Assembly: GCA_963691875.1 (NCBI GenBank)
Contig: OY829846.1
Span: 3,616,001-3,680,000, forward strand
Length of the DNA stretch: 64,000 nucleotides
Reading direction: 5' to 3'
Source of the DNA: Aureliella sp.
GTDB taxonomy: Bacteria > Planctomycetota > Planctomycetia > Pirellulales > Pirellulaceae
Part shown: positions 50,719-59,927 of the stretch, piece after piece
Numbering within the stretch: position 1 is the stretch's first letter
How the letters are laid out: every line of letters begins with the position of its first letter
Translations under genes and position numbers: made by a program
Notes under the pieces: model-generated
Told to the model about the DNA's origin: nothing
The model's input: the letters and a program-made list of their open reading frames with translations, nothing else
Database searches by the model: none

Positions 50719-52344
50719 ATGAAATTTTTCTTACGTCTCACGAGCTCCATAACGCTCGCTGGACTTCTCTGCACACCCAGCTTTGCCGAAGATTGGCGTG
50801 GCTTCCGTGGCCCGCTTGGTAACGCCAACGCCGTAGATGGAGCGTCCATCCCATCCACTTGGTCGCCATCCGCCAACTTGGCTTGGAAAACAGAACTGCC
50901 CGGCCCTGGGGCTTCGAGTCCAATCGTCGTAGGTGGCAAAGCCTTCGTGACCTGCTACTCAGGATACGGCCTAAGCCAAGAAAATCCTGGTGACATCAAA
51001 AATCTTGTTCGCCATTTGGTGTGCATCGACTTGGCGTCCGGCCAAAAGCTATGGCAAAAAGATGTACCGGTCACTCTACCAGAAGACCCGTATACCGGTA
51101 TCGGCGTGACCGCTCATGGCTACGCTTCACACACACCTGTCTCCGATGGCAAGAACGTGTATGCTTTCTTTGGTAAGAGTGGTGTTTTAGCCTATGACTT
51201 GAATGGCAACAAACTGTGGCAAGTCGACGTTGGGAAAGAATCGGATCCCACCAAGTGGGGATCGTCCTCCAGCCCTGTTATTCACGACAACGTTCTAATT
51301 GTGACGGCGTCTGCCGAAAGCCAAGCTATCGTCGGGTTGGACATCACGACTGGCAAAGAAGTCTGGCGTCAGGAAGCCAAAGGACTCGACGGGATGTGGG
51401 GCATGAATCCTGCCTCCGGCAAGTTGCTATGGCACGCCGATGCAACCAATGCTCAACAAGCATACACCAGCTTGGTGCAGAACAAGGGGCGAGTCTTTGC
51501 ATTCACAGGTCGTGGTGGCGGCAGTATCGCACTCGACGCGGGTGGAAGTGGTGATGTTAGCAAGACCAAGACGGTATGGACTGGCCGCGACACGACTAGC
51601 TTCGCTTCGCCCGTTAGCCACAAAGACAAGCTATACATCGTTACCCGTGGCGTCATGACCGTCGTCAATGCGGAAGACGGCAAGCGCGTCGAACAAATGC
51701 GGCTCAAAGGCGCAATGCAGACCGGCGGCCGGTTTGGCTCCCTCGACTACCCATCGCCGGTCGTTGCTGGTGATCGCATGTTCTACATGAACGGCAGCGG
51801 TCAGATGTACGTATTTGCTCTTGGTGAGAAGACCGAGCAAATCGCACTCAACCGATTCACATCAGACAAAGAGATCTTCTGGGGCACTCCTGCTATCAGC
51901 AACGGGAACTTGATCGTCCGCAGCGCAAAGCACTTGTACTGCGTGAAAGACAAGGGCGACAGTGTCGACCAAGACGCCAGCCTCTTTGCCAGCATCGACA
52001 ACGGCGACTCAAGTGAGGCTGGATCGAGCGGCGGACAAGGTAGCGGCCGCAGCAGCCGTAGCGGTGGATCGCGGTTTGATCCAATGAGCATGTTTAACGG
52101 AATGGACAGCGACAAAGACGGGCAAGTCACCGAAGCTGAACTCGAAGGCAATCGCATGGCCGAGCGTTTGATGACGCTTGACAAGGATGGCGACAAATCA
52201 ATCTCGAAGGACGAATTCAGTTCCGGCATCGCCTCGCTGTTTAGTCGCGGTGGCGGCAGTGGAGGTGGAGGCGGCGGCCGCAGTTATGGCGGCCGTGGCA
52301 CCGACAAGCGTCCCGACCGACCTCAACGGCCATCCGGCGAGTAA
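50719..52344 (+). CDS. PQQ-like beta-propeller (BamB-like planctomycete family) with two EF-hands and a Gly-rich tail
   Basis: AEDWRGFRGP, WKTELPGPGASSPIV, ASHTPVSDG, WGSSSSP; EF loops DSDKDGQVTEAE and DKDGDKSISKDE. Confidence 0.9.
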   Translation: MKFFLRLTSSITLAGLLCTPSFAEDWRGFRGPLGNANAVDGASIPSTWSPSANLAWKTELPGPGASSPIVVGGKAFVTCYSGYGLSQENPGDIKNLVRHLVCIDLASGQKLWQKDVPVTLPEDPYTGIGVTAHGYASHTPVSDGKNVYAFFGKSGVLAYDLNGNKLWQVDVGKESDPTKWGSSSSPVIHDNVLIVTASAESQAIVGLDITTGKEVWRQEAKGLDGMWGMNPASGKLLWHADATNAQQAYTSLVQNKGRVFAFTGRGGGSIALDAGGSGDVSKTKTVWTGRDTTSFASPVSHKDKLYIVTRGVMTVVNAEDGKRVEQMRLKGAMQTGGRFGSLDYPSPVVAGDRMFYMNGSGQMYVFALGEKTEQIALNRFTSDKEIFWGTPAISNGNLIVRSAKHLYCVKDKGDSVDQDASLFASIDNGDSSEAGSSGGQGSGRSSRSGGSRFDPMSMFNGMDSDKDGQVTEAELEGNRMAERLMTLDKDGDKSISKDEFSSGIASLFSRGGGSGGGGGGRSYGGRGTDKRPDRPQRPSGE

Positions 52345-52651
52345 TGTCAACCGTTCCTGCACTCCGGGATCTCACGACTGCCCCTCTCGCGTGCGGGAGC
52401 GTCTTGCTGGAAAAAGCTCAATGAATCTCGAGCCGCTGTCTGCTCAGTCAGATCGCGGCTTTTCTGTTTCCGAGCTAAATCTGCCATGACTTCATAATCG
52501 AATTCACCGGCACTACCCCCGGTAAGATGCAAGTGACTGGGAAAAGCACGATCATGGATCTGCGTAGTTTCCGGAATCCCCACAGCTGCGGCAGGACCAC
52601 TCCGGTGACAAAAGGAGCCCAGTAGACTTGTTGCGCATACGGGCCCATTTG

Positions 52652-52965
52652 ATTAAAAAGAACGTATCCCGTCGTACTTATTCTGACTGTACCTGGCAAT
52701 AAAATACTCGGCCAAGTACGTCCCAAGCACAGTCGCCGACAGGCTGGCAATAGCATTTGCCAGGAAGCTCGCTGCGGAAGCCATCGACCTAAACGGCCCA
52801 GTAACGCTAGCAGCAATATCTTCATACGCCGTCTCCGAACCGAAGATACAGTACGCAAAGTACTACAGCGTAAGTAGTAGCAGCCCAATCGAGCAACTCG
52901 TATGTGCTATCCCAACAATCGTGAATTCAACTGTGATCACCGCGATGCTGGCCTTTCGGACTGAC
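52652..52965 (-). pseudogene. Possible degraded membrane-protein gene fragment
   Basis: One frame reads IAVITVEFTIVGIAHTSCSIGLLLLTL*YFAYCIFG...FLANAIASLSATVLGTYLAEYFIARY, hydrophobic and interrupted by TAG. Confidence 0.3.
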
Positions 52966-53021
52966 TAGGAAAGAACAAACCTCAACCTTAGGATGTACTT
53001 GTAATCAGGTACACTCATGCC

Positions 53022-53798
53022 CTACCAGCCGCTGTTGGCAGATTGCATGAAGTAGAGACCAGGCTTGCATGGCTTGGGAAGGATGGCCAATCCCTGTTCG
53101 AGCGCCGTCCATTCGTTAATCGGAATACTCTGCAACTTCTGCGAAACAACCTTTTGCCTCCGATTCGCACATCCTACGGGCACCGGACTTACGTTCCCCC
53201 ACTTCTCGGCTTCCATCGGCCCCTCGTAGACACAGACGACAGGTAGTTTTGAGCGGCTTGCAAGGAACATCGGGTGGCTTTCTTGATTGGAAGGCTGAGC
53301 GTCCGAATGGCTGGATGCGATTGCCGTGATGGATCGGTCGCCATATCAGCCCAGACGCTTAGCGGCAAAGAAGTGGGATCAAGGACAACGGCAGGGCAGG
53401 TATCCCCATGTGCCATCCATTGGCCCATCATGAACTGAGTGTAGCCGATGGGGATGTAGCCTATCCCATGATGATCAAGCCAATCCAAGCGGAAAAAAGC
53501 CCAGCCAACATGATCAAACAAAATACAATAAGTGACATCGGATACCTCCCAAAATGAAAGCCCCAATCGACTTCGACACCGCAAGCACCCCCTCTTGTTT
53601 CGACCGATGAGATTCGTGCATCATCCATGTATATGCTGACTCTGAGCCAACGAAGAATGTGTCCGGCAGTATCCCGCGGTTGATGCGGAGAATGGATTCC
53701 GGCATCTGACTCGGTAGCGAAGCGACGTATTTCGCGTGGGCTGCGTGCGAACCACCACGCCTAAAGAGCTCGTCGCTAAAGAATCGCATTCGGACCAT
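53022..53798 (-). pseudogene. DUF3239-like membrane protein gene broken by several frameshifts
   Basis: Successive frames give a TM (LIMLAGLFSAWIGLIIMG), HGDTCPAVVLDP..VWADM..HPAIRTL, then LPVVCVY..KWGNVSPVPVGC..SIPINEWTALEQGLAILPKPCKPGLY. This resembles DUF3239 proteins as I recall them. Confidence 0.5.
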
Positions 53799-53945
53799 GT
53801 CCTGAGTATCTACCTTTCGCTTTTTTCGATGGCTGCAAAGTTTACCTGATCAGCAGGACTAGATTCCGGCATTAGACGGGGCCTAGCGGCAGAGCGAATT
53901 GCATTGCCCAGTCGTCAAGTTTGCTTTGGATCAATTTTCCCTTTC

Positions 53946-53954
53946 TGCTATGAT
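53946..53954 (+). promoter_or_regulatory. Extended -10 (TGcTATGAT) upstream of fabH
   Basis: TGnTATgAT about 115 nt upstream of the fabH start. Confidence 0.4.
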
Positions 53955-54068
53955 TGAGAGCCCTCATGAAAGCCAATCCGCAGTCAATGGTCGCTCAACT
54001 CGGTGATGCTTCTCACTAAAGATGCAGCCAGTTTTCTGGTGCTGCCAGTCACTCTTTCGGACTTGTAA

Positions 54069-55136
54069 ATGGCTTCTGTTGCAGATTTGTCTCACCCCGA
54101 ACGCAAAGATCAAAATGCGCCGAAACTTGCTGATTCAGGCCGTAGTCGCATGGGAGCTGTCACGGGTTTCGAGCTAGCGGCGACAGGCAGCTACGTTCCG
54201 GAAACTGTTGTCCGCAACGAAGACTTGGCTGAACTCGGCTGCGACAGCGATTGGATTGTACAACGAACTGGCATCAAAGAACGTCGTCGAGCAGAAGAAG
54301 GCATCGCGTCCAGCGACTTGGCGTTTCACGCTGCAGAACGATGTTTAGCCGCTGCAAATACGAAGCCGAGCGATGTTGACTTAATTTTGGTCGCGACGCT
54401 CACTCCTGATCACGCCACTCCTTCGACCGCCTGCCACTTGCAAGGCAAACTTGGATGCATTGCACCTGCTCTCGACGTCAACGCGGCTTGTGCTGGCTTC
54501 ATGTATGCCTTGGTAACGGCAGGCCAATTCGTCTCTTCAGGTTCTTCCCAATGCGCCTTGGTCGTCGGTGCCGAAGTAATGAGCCGCACGGTCAATCCAC
54601 AGGACGTTAAGACCTATCCACTCTTCGGTGATGGTGCTGGAGCAGCTCTCTTGCGACCGAGTGAGCAAGATGGAATGGGACTTACCAGCTACACGCTTGG
54701 TTCGGAGTCCTGTGGCGGTGCATCGCTATGCATCCCAAGTGGCGGAAGCCGGATGCCACTTTCGCCTGAAGCGATCGCAGATGGACAGCACTTTATGCGA
54801 ATGGAAGGCCGAGCTGTCTTCAAATGGGCGGTTCGAGTGGTAGCTGAGAGCTGCAAAGATTGCTTGTCACACGCAAACTTGACCGTTTCGAACATCGACC
54901 TGCTCATCCTCCATCAAGCCAACGCCCGAATCATCGATTCAGCCGTAGATGACATCGGTATCGATCGAGAAAAAGTCGTCGTGAACGTGAATCGCTATGG
55001 AAACACCTCAGCGGCGAGCATCCCGCTAGCCCTAGACGAAGCGATGGCCCAGGGGCGTATAAAGCCAGGAAGTCGCGTGATGCTAAGCGGTTTCGGCGGC
55101 GGTTTGGCCTGGGGAACCGCGATTCTGCAATTCTAG
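54069..55136 (+). CDS. fabH: Beta-ketoacyl-ACP synthase III
   Basis: WIVQRTGIKERR, AACAGF (Cys), LFGDGAGA, HQANARI (His), YGNTSAASIP (Asn), GFGGGLAWG. Confidence 0.95.
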   Translation: MASVADLSHPERKDQNAPKLADSGRSRMGAVTGFELAATGSYVPETVVRNEDLAELGCDSDWIVQRTGIKERRRAEEGIASSDLAFHAAERCLAAANTKPSDVDLILVATLTPDHATPSTACHLQGKLGCIAPALDVNAACAGFMYALVTAGQFVSSGSSQCALVVGAEVMSRTVNPQDVKTYPLFGDGAGAALLRPSEQDGMGLTSYTLGSESCGGASLCIPSGGSRMPLSPEAIADGQHFMRMEGRAVFKWAVRVVAESCKDCLSHANLTVSNIDLLILHQANARIIDSAVDDIGIDREKVVVNVNRYGNTSAASIPLALDEAMAQGRIKPGSRVMLSGFGGGLAWGTAILQF

Positions 55137-55327
55137 CTCGATGACTGCATACGAATCCAAAGCTAACTTTCTCGCAATCTCAGAACTCCCTTACTACCCG
55201 CTGCCATCCCTTTTGTCGCGCATGATTTCTACAGATTGACCTGCGCCTGGCAAGAATCCGTCGTTTCGTCGAATACCATGTCTATTAACATGGACGCCAG
55301 ATTTATCTCTCTTTCAGAGTCTTATAC

Positions 55328-56593
55328 ATGCGTGGTTTTGTTACGTTTCTTTTGGTTATCGCCGGGCTGGGCGGCGTAGGCGCCGGTATTTATTTCCCGA
55401 CGGCGGCCTACATCCGCAAGCAAAATGAACCAGCCTACAGGTCAAAGCCAGTTGTATCGGGCGACATCGTTCTGTACGTCAATTCGACGGGCAATGTCGA
55501 GCCCGTTCTGCGTGTAACGGTAGGTGCGGTTGTCAGTGGGCCAATCCAAGAGCTCTACGTGGATTTCAATGAGAAGGTCAAGAAAGATCAATTGATGGCC
55601 AAGATTGATCCTCGGCTATTCGAGTCTGTCGTGCTGCGCGATCGCGCGACTTTAGAAACACGTAACGCTGAAGTGCTCCGAGCGGAGGCTCGACTGCAAC
55701 AAGCGATCAACTCAGAAGAGCGAGCAAAGAAACTGGTCAAGAAAAACGCAAGCTTGATCTCGGATACGGAAGTTGACGAGATGCGTTTCAGCCGTATGGC
55801 GGCAGAAGCAGAATTGAGCGTCGCCAAGACCGCCGTGCAACAAGCTCAAGCAAGCTTGGATAACTCCGAAGCCAATTTAGGCTACACCGAAATTCGCTCA
55901 CCGGTTGACGGAGTTGTCATAGACCGAAAGATTGACGAAGGCCAAACACTAGCGGCACAATTCCAGACACCGGAGCTATTCATCGTCGCTCCTGAGATGG
56001 GTCATCGGATGTTCATCTATGCCTCCGTCGACGAAGCCGACATTGGACTGATTCGCCAAGCAAAAGAAACGCAGAATCCAGTCACCTTCACGGTAGATGC
56101 CTATCCCGGTGAGATCTTCGAGAACGGAATTATTCGAGAAGTGCGTTTGAGCAGCACGGAGGAATCTAATGTCGTGACGTACCCAGTCGTCGTCGAAACT
56201 CCGAACGAAGAGATGAAGTTACTGCCCGGAATGACAGCAAGTCTTTCTTTTCAAGTTGAAGAGAAAAATTCGATCGTCAAAATTCCGAATGCAGCACTTC
56301 GATTCTACCCACCGAATCGCAAGCACGTTCACCCGGATGATCACAAGATCCTCGATGGTGTTGAAGAGGCGAATGAACAAAGCACGGATCAGGAAGCTGC
56401 AGACCGTTCGGCGCAAGAACGAGCCGAAGCGAGCATAAATGGTAAAAAACGTCACGTCTGGGTATTTGACGGCAAGCTACTGCGAGCTCGAGCAATTGAA
56501 GTCGGCATATCCGACAGTCGCTACACCGAGCTAATCTCAGGTGAACTCAAAGACGGTGACGAGCTCGTTGTCGGCGAGGAAAAGAAAAAGTAG
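55328..56593 (+). CDS. Efflux periplasmic adaptor (MacA/HlyD family)
   Basis: N-terminal TM; VGAVVSGPIQELYVDFNEKVKKDQL; IRSPVDGVVI..EGQTLAA; VDEADIG; LLPGMTA; IPNAALRF. Confidence 0.93.
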   Translation: MRGFVTFLLVIAGLGGVGAGIYFPTAAYIRKQNEPAYRSKPVVSGDIVLYVNSTGNVEPVLRVTVGAVVSGPIQELYVDFNEKVKKDQLMAKIDPRLFESVVLRDRATLETRNAEVLRAEARLQQAINSEERAKKLVKKNASLISDTEVDEMRFSRMAAEAELSVAKTAVQQAQASLDNSEANLGYTEIRSPVDGVVIDRKIDEGQTLAAQFQTPELFIVAPEMGHRMFIYASVDEADIGLIRQAKETQNPVTFTVDAYPGEIFENGIIREVRLSSTEESNVVTYPVVVETPNEEMKLLPGMTASLSFQVEEKNSIVKIPNAALRFYPPNRKHVHPDDHKILDGVEEANEQSTDQEAADRSAQERAEASINGKKRHVWVFDGKLLRARAIEVGISDSRYTELISGELKDGDELVVGEEKKK

Positions 56594-56618
56594 CTTGAGC
56601 GAAACATTCGCGTAGAAA

Positions 56619-57227
56619 TCAGCTCTGATGCCCCCAATTATCCTCTGAGGAATCGTCGTTTGGCGAAAGGCCGAGCACCTCGCCAGCAATGCAGACTCCT
56701 AGTCCAAGCACAGTTCTATTAGCGTAGCAAAAGTACGCAGTAACCTGGTTTACTTCTAGGATCTCACCATCTTCAAACCCCGCCTCTCGCATTGACGCTA
56801 CCGATGATGATGTGACATTGGCTGGCTCCAGCGTCAGCAGCCGAGCATAGTTGAGCCCTGAAATCTGCTTGGCATCGAATGCCGCTTCCAGCTTTCCAGA
56901 CTGAATCGTCTGCCAGATCGCGGTGGCCCGTTTGTCGTTGTCAAGCAGCCGCTTGAGCCCGTGAAAATGATGTTGCATGCAATACTCGCACTCATTTAGC
57001 TGACTGACGAAAACGCCAATCGTCTCCAGATACCATTTCTGCAGTTTATTGGCATGATGGTGCAAAACGTTTTTGTACAGAGTCATGTGGCCTGTCAGAC
57101 TGTGCGGCCGCAGGCTGTGGGCCATCAGAATCTGATCAATCTGACCGTCCGATGAGCGAACTCGGTCATACAAGCTTTTTAAAGGTCCAGAGGACTCTTC
57201 TAAGGAGACCGTCTTGATCCAAGTCAT
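56619..57227 (-). CDS. AhpD/carboxymuconolactone-decarboxylase-like peroxidase-related protein
   Basis: MTWIKTV start; HSLRPHSL; VSQLNECEYCMQHH (CxxC); DGEILEVNQVTAYFCYANRTVLGLG. Confidence 0.9.
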   Translation of the reverse strand: MTWIKTVSLEESSGPLKSLYDRVRSSDGQIDQILMAHSLRPHSLTGHMTLYKNVLHHHANKLQKWYLETIGVFVSQLNECEYCMQHHFHGLKRLLDNDKRATAIWQTIQSGKLEAAFDAKQISGLNYARLLTLEPANVTSSSVASMREAGFEDGEILEVNQVTAYFCYANRTVLGLGVCIAGEVLGLSPNDDSSEDNWGHQS

Positions 57228-57446
57228 TGAAGTTTTGTTTCGCTTGAAGGGTGCGTGAGTTTTGATAGCAGCCAATACATCAGCCGCTACAATGATCCGC
57301 CTCTCTGAAAGTCTTGCAAGATCCACTTGAAGGTACTGTGGTCGGTATCCCACCCAGCAGTGCGGACAAGGACTTTTCGCGGATTTTGCACGATTGGACT
57401 TGAAGGAGAGCAGTGACTTCTGGCAGCCACCCAAACGGAACCCCGC

Positions 57447-58601
57447 ATGACGAAACGAGTCGCAACTCGCATTGAACAAGTACAAGATCCAGTGATTCCC
57501 ATCGTGGGCTCGCTCATTGCGGATCACCCTGGCACGATCTCCCTGGGCCAAGGAATGGTTCATTACGCTCCACCGCCGAATGCGATTAATGCGACGCAAA
57601 AAGTGTACGAGATTCACCATCGCTACGGTGATGTACAAGGAACACTTGCCCTACGTTCACTCCTGAATGAAAAGCTAAAGTCCGAAAACCAGATTCGGAC
57701 TGAGGGCTGCGAAGTTGTCTACACCGCTGGCTCTAACATGGGGTTTCTGAATGCCGTTTTGGCTATCGCAGACGTTGGCGACGAGATCATCGTCCAAAAC
57801 CCTTACTATTTCAATTATGAAATGGCGATCGAGATCGCTGGCTGCAAGGCTGTCGTGGTTGCAACAACATCCGATTACCAACTCGATCTTGCTGCGTTGG
57901 AGGCAGCGATTACTTCTCGAACGCGAGCCATTGTGACGATCTCGCCCAACAATCCAACGGGCGCGATCTACTCGCGAAAAGCTCTGGCATGCATCAACCA
58001 ACTCTGCCGAAAGCGTGAGATCTTTCATATTTCGGATGAAGCGTACGAGTATTTCACTTATGACGGCGCTAAACACTTCTCGCCTGGCTCTTTGCCGGGA
58101 GCCGCGCGCCACACCATCTCGCTGTTCACGCTTTCGAAAGCGTACGGATTAGCTGGCTGGCGTTGTGGCTACATGGTTGTCCCAGATGACCTGCTGATAC
58201 CTGTCAAGAAGATCCAAGATACCAACTTGGTTTGCCCGCCGATGTTGAACCAAGATGTCGCTGCCGCAGCACTGCAGGCAGGGCGTGAATGGGTAGAGCC
58301 ACATGTTCAGTCCTTGGAGAAAGTTCGGAATGCAATTCTTGAAGAGCTAGATGGACTTCCCGGCTGTCGAGTACCAATGCCTGGCGGAGCTTTTTACATG
58401 CTCTTGCAACTAGACACAGACCGTGGCGATATGGAGCTAGTGCGCGAGCTAATCTCTCGCTTCGGCGTCGCGACACTGCCTGGAAACACTTTCGGAATCG
58501 AAACTAGCTGCCAGATTCGAGTCTCCTATGGAGCGCTCAAAGAGGACTCAGTGATCGAAGGACTCGGACGATTGAAAAAAGGGCTACGAGCACTACTATA
58601 A
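57447..58601 (+). CDS. PLP-dependent aminotransferase, class I/II
   Basis: ISLGQG, TAGSNMGF, SPNNPTG, ISDEAYE, TLSKAYGLAGWRCG (PLP Lys), GAFY. Confidence 0.95.
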   Translation: MTKRVATRIEQVQDPVIPIVGSLIADHPGTISLGQGMVHYAPPPNAINATQKVYEIHHRYGDVQGTLALRSLLNEKLKSENQIRTEGCEVVYTAGSNMGFLNAVLAIADVGDEIIVQNPYYFNYEMAIEIAGCKAVVVATTSDYQLDLAALEAAITSRTRAIVTISPNNPTGAIYSRKALACINQLCRKREIFHISDEAYEYFTYDGAKHFSPGSLPGAARHTISLFTLSKAYGLAGWRCGYMVVPDDLLIPVKKIQDTNLVCPPMLNQDVAAAALQAGREWVEPHVQSLEKVRNAILEELDGLPGCRVPMPGGAFYMLLQLDTDRGDMELVRELISRFGVATLPGNTFGIETSCQIRVSYGALKEDSVIEGLGRLKKGLRALL

Positions 58602-58650
58602 GCCTGGGATTGATCCCGAGCCTCCTTAGGGGGACTTACGGCGAAGTCCA

Positions 58651-59766
58651 CTACATTGAGCCGGGTAAGACGTAGCAATCAGCCTCGAGTGGCACTTGAA
58701 GTTGATCGATCAAGTCAAATCGCATCTCTCGAGGCAAGTGCGCGCGGAAGCGAGCCATGGCCTCTCGAGGTGAAAAAGAATCCAGCATCTGACGCAGTTC
58801 TGCAAAACTGGCGAGTAGTTGTTCTTGCTGTGGTTTTGGGATCGAATCGAGTCGCCCGAGCAATTCACCTAGCCGGGAAAGTAGATAGCGATGCTGACTG
58901 CCCTCGTAAACGATCAATACTTGCCTACCCGAATAGTAACAATTGGATGCTTTGGACGAAAAGTCCATCAGGTGCTTCTCGATTGCAAGTTGCCACTGCT
59001 GCTGGATCGCATCGATGTCAAAACTACTAGCAACGATTCCTTGCTGAGCAAAAGTTTCCTCGATTTCGCTCGAGCTTAGTCCACCACGCTCCATCCGATA
59101 ATCCATCTCGGCCGCGTGTGCCCGTTCGAACAGCTCCGCAAACGCGACCTGGTCTTGAGGAACTGGCAGTACGGAGTGTGTTAGTAACATGGCTGCAGTC
59201 GCCTCCCACATACGATTGAGCAGGTCGATGGAGAGGTCTTCAAAAAAGTACTCGCCGGGCGCCTCTTCTGGTAGTTGCAGAGTTGTTCTGGGTGGGTTGG
59301 CCACACCCGCCAACTCATCCTCACTCAGCAACGTCGAGAACTCGACGTAGGGCTGCCCGGCATCATAGGGAAATCGAATCAGAGCCAGAACGGAACTCTC
59401 TTGATGCGCGAAGCCTCGCAGTTGCTCATCCTGCATTTCCTCGATAACGAACTGCCCCAGGAATCGAAACTCGTTGCCGCGCAACCAGTGTTCCGCCATC
59501 GCACCACGGCTGCCAAACTGACCTAAATCGTTTTCGGTGAACTCCAGATGAATTCGCATCGGTGGAACACAACCCTCGCCAACGCCTGAGGCGCTCGGAG
59601 ATTGCTGCGTCAACTTTTCCAAGTCTTCCAGCGCTGCCTCCAACTTGTGCGAAACGCGTCGACTCAGGATAGAATACGCCAGGAAGAAAGCCATGATGGC
59701 AATCACCATGACAACTCCAACAATTAATATTGATATCCAGAGGATAGTGGTGATGGATATTTCCAC
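58651..59766 (-). CDS. Hypothetical protein with N-terminal membrane anchor
   Basis: 371-aa ORF filling the gap; strongly hydrophobic first 35 aa; no recognised domain. Confidence 0.75.
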   Translation of the reverse strand: MEISITTILWISILIVGVVMVIAIMAFFLAYSILSRRVSHKLEAALEDLEKLTQQSPSASGVGEGCVPPMRIHLEFTENDLGQFGSRGAMAEHWLRGNEFRFLGQFVIEEMQDEQLRGFAHQESSVLALIRFPYDAGQPYVEFSTLLSEDELAGVANPPRTTLQLPEEAPGEYFFEDLSIDLLNRMWEATAAMLLTHSVLPVPQDQVAFAELFERAHAAEMDYRMERGGLSSSEIEETFAQQGIVASSFDIDAIQQQWQLAIEKHLMDFSSKASNCYYSGRQVLIVYEGSQHRYLLSRLGELLGRLDSIPKPQQEQLLASFAELRQMLDSFSPREAMARFRAHLPREMRFDLIDQLQVPLEADCYVLPGSM

Positions 59767-59927
59767 GAGTGTCTAGTGCTCCCAACGCGTTAAAGCGGAA
59801 GGCGAGTCAGAATCTACCAATCCAGGTTTGTTTCAAACAGTATTCCCTTGCGCGAATAAACTTTCCATTGGTGGAAGATCTTCTGCCGGTCGCCTAACTA
59901 CCACTAAGTCTAGCAGCAAGCTCATCT

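Noticed and set aside
57228..57638. 137-aa N-terminal extension of the AhpD-like ORF
   Set aside because: It overlaps the divergent aminotransferase and its promoter; the family starts at MTWI (57227).
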